Positions 58,455 to 64,000 of a DNA stretch of 64,000 bases are shown one piece after another. The first letter of the stretch is position 1, and each line of letters starts with the position of its first letter. A program made the translations under genes and the position numbers. This stretch comes from Roseibium sp. (GTDB lineage: Bacteria; Pseudomonadota; Alphaproteobacteria; Rhizobiales; Stappiaceae): assembly GCF_039982295.1 (NCBI RefSeq), contig NZ_JBDWYP010000069.1, positions 4,964 to 68,963 on the forward strand, written 5' to 3'. Below the pieces are notes generated by a model. It did no database searches, had not been told where the DNA came from, and worked only from the letters and a program-made list of their open reading frames with translations.

Positions 58455-58495
58455 AAAAAAGCAGCACCGGCTAGACCGATGCTGCTGTCTTTTTC
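58455..58495. terminator. Bidirectional terminator
   Basis: A-tract, AGCAGCA...TGCTGCT stem, T-tract between convergent genes. Confidence 0.7.
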
Positions 58496-58556
58496 TTAAG
58501 CAGCTGATTTGATCGGCCCCTTCTTGAGGCCGATCTCATCGCGAGATTGAAGACAA

Positions 58557-60524
58557 TCAATACCGCAGTTTCGCCATCAGACGGAATGAACGGCCCGGTT
58601 CATACAGAGGCGTGATCGAGTCGTATTCCGCACCATAGGTTGCGCGATCGGAGTATGTCTGGTCGAAGATGTTGTTCGCCTCGAGCCTTAGAGACAGGAA
58701 CTCAAACTGCTCAGGCTTGTATTCCGCATAGGCATTGACAACCGTGTAGGGATCGATCGTCCCATACCCCGAGGAGACAAAGCCATCGTACGCCAAAGCA
58801 GCATCAAGTGTGGCTCCGAGGGTAAGGTCGTACTCATTAAACGTATGAGCTATTTCGCCTGAGATGATCTGGCCAACCGGGGCGCCTATGTTGATCAAGT
58901 AGTAGGATTGAAACGCAGTATCCGCAAGGCTGAGGCGTGTATCCGCGTAAGACAGTTTTAGAAAGCCATTGCCCCAGTTATAACCGCCCGAGAGCTTGTA
59001 GCCCCAGCTGCTGAAGTCAATGTTGCTGGCGCCATCGCGATAATCGAAGAACCGAGTGTTGAACACATCAGCACCAGCAAACAAGCCCATGTTTTCATAT
59101 TTCACGCCGGCGGTCACGTTGTCTGAACGAACTGGTTCCAGATTCGAATAATCCCAAGTCCGCCAATATTCAAAAGTCTCCTCGAGATCGATACCACCAA
59201 ATACGTTGGAGTAACCGGCATTTACAGACAAACCTTTGAAGACTTCGACTTCAGCTGAAGCGTTACCACTTAAGCCAAAATTGTCGAGGTTGGTTCCATC
59301 CTTACCCTCGAAATGGTTACCGTCAGCTCGGCCACCGAACGAAACCTTTAGACGGTCAATCGGGGTCAAACGGGCCTGCGCGAAGCCGCCGACATTTGAG
59401 CCTTTTTCGGTGTAAGCTGAGCTTGTGTCAATGTAGTCCGAGGTTTGAGAAAGGAAATCGACGCCGGTTGTGACTGTGTTTCCTTCGCTGATTTCGAAGA
59501 CATTCTCCGCCTTGGCAGTCCAGGTGCCACCGGTGGATTCACTGCTGTAAGGCTCGGGAATCTTGAAGCTGTTCTCGCTGTAGCCAACGACGACCTTTGG
59601 ATTCCAGAGGCCTTCAATCTCTTCCTTGCCAAAGTTGAAGGAAAAATTGCGCCGCGTGGTATCGTAAACGCGTGTGGAAGACGTTCCGTTCAATCCACCA
59701 ATATTGGCGCGGTACGGACGAAGCGCATCATCGACGATTTGCTGCGCGCTAAGCTCAAACCGATAGCCCGTACCGGTTTCATAAGCGCCTTTCGCTAAAA
59801 GGCTGGAGAAATCAGCAGCAGTGCCTGGGACCGCCCATCCATCGCCATTCTCATAGTCGTCGCCATTTGCAAACTTGGCGAAACCGAGCAACTCAAAACC
59901 CTCATAGCGCCCATAAGCTGCAGCGCTCTCGGTGAATGTGTTGCCGTTGGTCTCATAGCTCAGAGTCGCAAATGCGCCAAAGTTCCGATCATTGATCAGA
60001 AGATCCTGGACATCGACTGTCTCATAGGCAATAGAGCCGCCGAGAGCACCGAAACCAGCATCCGCAGGCGCTACGCCCGGATCAACGCGAACCGCTTTCA
60101 GGAGCGCTGGGTCAATGTAGTTCGTGCTCGTGTGATGAAAGATCCGGTTTCCCTGTTGGACGCCGTCGACCGAGACCGCCAGGTTGTTTTCGTCGATACC
60201 GTTTACAAACACTTTCTGAGCGGTCGGAATGCCGCCACCGACTGAAATCGAAGCGTTCCCCGCAAACAGGTCGCGCAGGGTCTGGGGATCCGTTCGCTGG
60301 ATTTCCTCAATCGCGATGTAGATTGACTGCGCCCGGTCCGCACTGCCTTGATGCTTGTCAAACCGGTCGGCCGCATTTGGCGACACTCGAATAGTGTCCA
60401 GGGTCACTTCGCCGCTGGCCGTGGAGGTATCTGATGCATCCTGTGCATTTACGCCCCCGACAAGAAGCGCTGATTGTAAGACAGTGCCGGCAAGCAGCAG
60501 CGAAAGACGCACGCGATCAAGCAT
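58557..60524 (-). CDS. TonB-dependent receptor, FetA/FrpB-like
   Basis: Signal peptide, TonB-box-like DTIRV, IDPALLKAVRV.PG, GALGGSIAYETVD, C-terminal EPGRSFRLMAKLRY; start at ATG 60524. Confidence 0.92.
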   Translation of the reverse strand: MLDRVRLSLLLAGTVLQSALLVGGVNAQDASDTSTASGEVTLDTIRVSPNAADRFDKHQGSADRAQSIYIAIEEIQRTDPQTLRDLFAGNASISVGGGIPTAQKVFVNGIDENNLAVSVDGVQQGNRIFHHTSTNYIDPALLKAVRVDPGVAPADAGFGALGGSIAYETVDVQDLLINDRNFGAFATLSYETNGNTFTESAAAYGRYEGFELLGFAKFANGDDYENGDGWAVPGTAADFSSLLAKGAYETGTGYRFELSAQQIVDDALRPYRANIGGLNGTSSTRVYDTTRRNFSFNFGKEEIEGLWNPKVVVGYSENSFKIPEPYSSESTGGTWTAKAENVFEISEGNTVTTGVDFLSQTSDYIDTSSAYTEKGSNVGGFAQARLTPIDRLKVSFGGRADGNHFEGKDGTNLDNFGLSGNASAEVEVFKGLSVNAGYSNVFGGIDLEETFEYWRTWDYSNLEPVRSDNVTAGVKYENMGLFAGADVFNTRFFDYRDGASNIDFSSWGYKLSGGYNWGNGFLKLSYADTRLSLADTAFQSYYLINIGAPVGQIISGEIAHTFNEYDLTLGATLDAALAYDGFVSSGYGTIDPYTVVNAYAEYKPEQFEFLSLRLEANNIFDQTYSDRATYGAEYDSITPLYEPGRSFRLMAKLRY

Positions 60525-60625
60525 GGCCAATTCCTTTGTTTTTGAATTTTCAAGATCAGCTGAATTCGGCAGAACACCCGAACATGGCTCGAACCGCCCC
60601 CAGTTGCACGGCACAGTCAGGCTTA

Positions 60626-60648
60626 TACATGAGTAAAATTCTCATGTA
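60626..60648. promoter_or_regulatory. RirA/IRO-type operator
   Basis: TACATGAG-TAAAATT-CTCATGTA palindrome containing TGA-N9-TCA (60630-60644), about 100 nt upstream of the receptor. Confidence 0.65.
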
Positions 60649-61034
60649 AAACACTGTTTGAAATAATGTTTGCATGCATCAAAAACACGAAAATCAAGCT
60701 AAAAATGGTGAATTGCTCGGATTTAAATAACTAATTCAATACCCTAACGCCTATCCACGAAGCTCGGCCAGGTCATGGGCGTCATTCTTGCAAGGCAACT
60801 GTCTCGTCGAAATAGGGTGTTCACTGGAAATGCCAGCTGCACCTCCCCCGCATCCTGGCTCCGCAGACGCCGGAGATATGTTCTCCTGCGAGCCGCGCAT
60901 GCGTCATGCCCCCGCGTCCTGACAGAAACGGGCACTGGGCAAAACGGAGGAAAATTCAGAGGCTTCACTCAGACCTGCCTGGCTCAGCTCGGATCAGCTC
61001 CAGGGCAGAGCAGTTTGCCAAGAGCACAACCTAT

Positions 61035-61071
61035 AAAAGGCACGCAGCGTCTCTTCGACTGCGCACCTTTT
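61035..61071 (-). terminator. Rho-independent terminator after the DUF2218 gene
   Basis: AAAAGGTGCGCAG...CTGCGTGCCTTTT stem on the minus strand. Confidence 0.7.
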
Positions 61072-61104
61072 CCGCTAGAAACTGACCCAATTAATCCGGC
61101 GTTT

Positions 61105-61392
61105 TTACGCTGTCACACGCCATTCAAGCTTGAGCTTTTCTCGCCAGGCAAACCGCTCAATGTGACTGTCGATGACCCCCTTCATCCGGGCCATGTTCTG
61201 ATCTTCATCCGCCTCGCAACGGATCGTGAGGCTCGCGTCGGTGGCCACCATCTAGCAGAAGCCGAAGGGAAATGACACCTCGCCCTTGCTGGCATCCCAA
61301 TCCGCGGGAACCTTGTGCGCAAAGTGCTTGCAAAGCTGCTGGAGGTATTTTGAGGCTGAGGCGGTATGCGCTGTCGATGTGACGACTATCAT
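61105..61392 (-). pseudogene. DUF2218 gene interrupted by one in-frame TAG (61254-61252)
   Basis: MIVVTSTAHTASASKYLQQLCKHFAHKVPADWDASKGEVSFPFGFC*MVATDASLTIRCEADEDQNMARMKGVIDSHIERFAWREKLKLEWRVTA; both halves fit the family pattern in one frame. Confidence 0.8.
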
Positions 61393-61415
61393 TGCCCTGG
61401 CTATCCATTTTTTAT

Positions 61416-61446
61416 TGAAAAAGTGAGCCGGGAAACCCCGGCTCAC
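61416..61446 (-). terminator. Terminator between the receptor and the DUF2218 gene
   Basis: GTGAGCCGGG-GTTT-CCCGGCTCAC perfect stem plus TTTTT. Confidence 0.75.
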
Positions 61447-61466
61447 GCGAAATCAGATCTGCAGAC

Positions 61467-63449
61467 CTAAAATTTGGCGGTAGCCGTCAAAAAGAAGCTC
61501 CGTCCTGGCGAGTTGACCGGCGTCACACGACTGGTCGTGCTGTAGCTGCCTCGACTGTAATAGGTCTCATCAAACAGATTGTTGACTTCGCCGCGAAGCG
61601 TAAAGTCCGTTTCACCGAACTTCGGCGCCCATTGAGCGAAGATGTTTACAACCTCATACCCCGGAATGGGGTTGTCGTATCCGTTGTCCTCAAGAGCCTG
61701 ATTGGAATACTCAAACGCTATTTCCGCATTGGCTCCAAGCGTCAAATTCCAGTCCTGGAACGTGTATCCCGCACCAAGCGACAGCATGTCTCCTACCGGA
61801 ACGCCGTTGTTGGAGTCTCCAAACAGCGGAATGCGATCTCCATACTCGACGTCTGTGTGGGTGTAAGCCGCGGAAACGTAAGCGTTCTGCCAGTTGTAGC
61901 GGGCAGAGATGTCGAACCCCTTGGAAATCAAATCATCGCCGTTGACCCGCTCTGCCGTCGTATATCCCGAACCATATTCATACGTGGTCGTATCGAACAT
62001 CTTCGTATAAAAAAGATCGGCGCCGACAACGAGCCCCTTGTACTCGTAGGATAGTCCAACTTTCGCGTTATGCGCTGTCGTCGGGTTCAAATCGTCTGCA
62101 TAGGTATAATCAATGGAGTGGAACAGAGCTGTTTCAGCTTGCTCGATGCCTCCAAATACATACGCATAGCCACCTGTAAGTGTCAGGCCATCGATGATCT
62201 CATAGCCGAGGTTAATGTTGGGCGAGAGACCGAAATTGTCGAAAGTCTGGTCGTCTACCGAATGGTAGCTCTGGAAATCGGCTCGCAGCCCGGCCGAGAC
62301 ATCCAGCTTCTCGATCGGGGTTAGACGCGTCTGCACATATGCGCCCACATTGGTAATGTCTTCAGACGCATCTGTCGAGAAATGGAACCGTTCGATATCA
62401 GCCTGGTCATGGTAGAAGTCGACACCGGCCGTCACCGTCCCAAGACCGAAATGAAACCGGTTCTGCAGATGGCCGCCGATCGATTGCAGGTCGGAGTTGA
62501 AATCCCCGCTTGCCCGCGTGTAACCGGAATTGTTGGGACGGTTGAGTTTGTTCTGATTGTAATAAAGCAGCACCTCTGGGTCGAAGTTACCGCTCGCCCC
62601 CTCCAGGGTGTACTTGAAGGTCGCCGTCAGGCGCTCGTAAAGGTTCTCGTTGAAGTCCGTACCAACGGCCCCCATGTTGGTACGCAGGCGCCGATAGCCG
62701 TCATCCCTGTAGTATTCGCCGGACGCTTCAAACCTGTGTCCTTCAGTGCTCTGATAAGCCAACTTGCCAAGGCCGTTCCAGAGGTCGGCAGCCGTACCCA
62801 GCTCGGTGAACCCGTCACCGTCATCATAGTCCTGGCCCTCAGCCCGGGTGATGGTTCCCAGATATTCAAACCCCTGGGAAACGCCGTAAGCAGCAGTTGT
62901 TCCGGTCAGCGTCATCGAATTGGTATCATAGCCGAACGAAACCAATCCACCCAGCGTCTGGCCTTCCTTGAGAAGATCCACTGCATCGACGGTTTCAAAA
63001 ACGACGCTGCCCCCGAGCGCGCCAGGTCCGCCATCAGCTGGCGCCACACCGTCATTTATGCCAACAGATTTCAGGAATAACGGGTTGATGCCCAGGGTTC
63101 CATTATGATGCCAGACATTGTTTTTCTGCCGGGCTCCATCGACGATTACATTGAGTTTGGATTCGTCAATGCCGTGCACATAGAGTTTTTGAGACGCCGA
63201 ACTGCCACCTGCGGTCGCCACTGATGGCGTGCCCTGGAAGAGCTGCTTCAGGTCAACCGGCTGCGATTGTTCTATGTCATCGCGGCTGATATTGCTGCTG
63301 GTTTCAAGGGACTTGAATTCTTCAGAGCTGTCATCTTTGACGACAATGGTCTCCAGCTCCTGGACATCCTGAGCGGCGGCTACTGCCGAAAGGGCAAGAC
63401 CACTGACGGATGCCAAGACGGCCGCTTGCCTTACGATTCTACACTTCAT
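61467..63449 (-). CDS. TonB-dependent receptor, FetA/FrpB-like (paralog of 58557-60524)
   Basis: ETIVV TonB box, QKLYVHGIDESKL, GALGGSVVFETVDA.DLL, C-terminal SPGRSFFLTATAKF. Confidence 0.92.
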   Translation of the reverse strand: MKCRIVRQAAVLASVSGLALSAVAAAQDVQELETIVVKDDSSEEFKSLETSSNISRDDIEQSQPVDLKQLFQGTPSVATAGGSSASQKLYVHGIDESKLNVIVDGARQKNNVWHHNGTLGINPLFLKSVGINDGVAPADGGPGALGGSVVFETVDAVDLLKEGQTLGGLVSFGYDTNSMTLTGTTAAYGVSQGFEYLGTITRAEGQDYDDGDGFTELGTAADLWNGLGKLAYQSTEGHRFEASGEYYRDDGYRRLRTNMGAVGTDFNENLYERLTATFKYTLEGASGNFDPEVLLYYNQNKLNRPNNSGYTRASGDFNSDLQSIGGHLQNRFHFGLGTVTAGVDFYHDQADIERFHFSTDASEDITNVGAYVQTRLTPIEKLDVSAGLRADFQSYHSVDDQTFDNFGLSPNINLGYEIIDGLTLTGGYAYVFGGIEQAETALFHSIDYTYADDLNPTTAHNAKVGLSYEYKGLVVGADLFYTKMFDTTTYEYGSGYTTAERVNGDDLISKGFDISARYNWQNAYVSAAYTHTDVEYGDRIPLFGDSNNGVPVGDMLSLGAGYTFQDWNLTLGANAEIAFEYSNQALEDNGYDNPIPGYEVVNIFAQWAPKFGETDFTLRGEVNNLFDETYYSRGSYSTTSRVTPVNSPGRSFFLTATAKF

Positions 63450-63515
63450 TTTTCAAACCCCAACCAGCGTCAAGTCTGCCCCGGCGGCTTAGGCCTTTTA
63501 TGCAAGACATAAACT

Positions 63516-63530
63516 TGACTAAAAACATCA
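63516..63530. promoter_or_regulatory. RirA/IRO-type operator
   Basis: TGA-CTAAAAACA-TCA exact N9 spacing, 66 nt upstream of the receptor start. Confidence 0.6.
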
Positions 63531-63715
63531 TGTATTTGATAAAGGCAGCGTCACAATCAAACAATTCCGAAGGCGTTTGCGTGTCACTCAAACTCTTTTG
63601 CGAAACTGAATTTCTGGCAAAAGCGCTTTTTCCATTCTGACCTAATGGGAAACGTCAGTGATTCAGCGAAGGTGCCCCGCCCCTCGGCTTGCCCAGTTCT
63701 GGACACTTGAAACTC

Positions 63716-64000
63716 ATGTTCGTTCCGCTTGATCGTCATAAACGCTACGTCACAAAAGAAGACCTTCTGGATCAACCTGACGCTCAACACATGCGCTGGG
63801 TCGGCCCCTCGCTTGAGACAAGCGATGAAGTCCTCCGCGGAGCAATCGGGTTTATGGACGTCGAGGAAGGGCTATCGGTTCATTATTCGAACGCTGAAGA
63901 CCTGCACGACCTCAAAATAGAGACAGAGTGCGGCCCCAGATTAAGTGCCTCCGTCTTTCTGGAGGGTCAGGTCGACGCCTTTGTCGGCGACTTCAAAATT
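63716..64000 (+). CDS. Probable AraC (PchR/YbtA-like) regulator, N-terminal part; runs off the window
   Basis: Not in ORF track. Open frame MFVPLDRH...EEGLSVHYSNAEDLHDLKIETECGPRLSASVFLEGQVD...; resembles N-domains of siderophore-responsive AraC regulators; divergent from the TonB receptor; HTH not visible. Confidence 0.55.
   Translation, partial: MFVPLDRHKRYVTKEDLLDQPDAQHMRWVGPSLETSDEVLRGAIGFMDVEEGLSVHYSNAEDLHDLKIETECGPRLSASVFLEGQVDAFVGDFKI

Noticed and set aside
60744-61030. GC-rich non-coding stretch with TGCCCCCGC and short hairpins; ORFs 60744-60968 and 60775-61275
   Set aside because: Riboswitch elements are out of order, and the ORFs lack an RBS and recognisable motifs; left unassigned
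61252-61254. Pyrrolysine recoding of the TAG
   Set aside because: No pyl genes in the window, not expected in this lineage or protein family, and a point mutation explains it more simply
1-64000. CRISPR arrays, tRNA/rRNA genes, IS or integrase genes
   Set aside because: No regularly spaced repeat-spacer array, cloverleaf with T-loop consensus, rRNA signature or transposase motif was recognised by eye

Overview
Chromosomal window from a high-GC alphaproteobacterium. Gene content suggests Roseibium/Labrenzia (Stappiaceae); this is inference, not a database match. It holds about 55 CDSs. No rRNA, tRNA, CRISPR array, IS or phage gene was recognised. Main modules: (1) housekeeping genes (partial methylmalonyl-CoA mutase small subunit, meaB, M20 peptidase, LOG, glcB, mnmD); (2) an aminotransferase-asparaginase II-DDAH operon; (3) an ornithine/lysine decarboxylase with a roughly 430-nt structured leader; (4) an 8-EF-hand secreted protein divergent from an OmpR/histidine kinase pair; (5) a complete form I aerobic CO dehydrogenase cluster coxC-MSL-DEFG; (6) a periplasmic metal/redox cluster, the best candidate for an undescribed system, encoding a Tat multicopper oxidase with a Leu axial residue, a coupled amidohydrolase-YtkA-like-diheme enzyme trio (the diheme enzyme appears Tyr-ligated like MauG/MbnH), a Tat intradiol-fold protein lacking the iron-ligand Tyr residues, and an MsrQ-like membrane protein; (7) an iron-uptake region with a FatBDCE-type ABC transporter, two FetA/FrpB-like TonB receptors and three RirA-type TGA-N9-TCA boxes. 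Features absent from or not resolved by the ORF track: a 42-aa ORF with its own promoter, a DUF2218 gene split by one in-frame TAG, a 49-aa membrane ORF under two CtrA-like boxes, and the partial genes at both window edges. All family assignments come from motifs recognised by eye and need HMM/BLAST confirmation.
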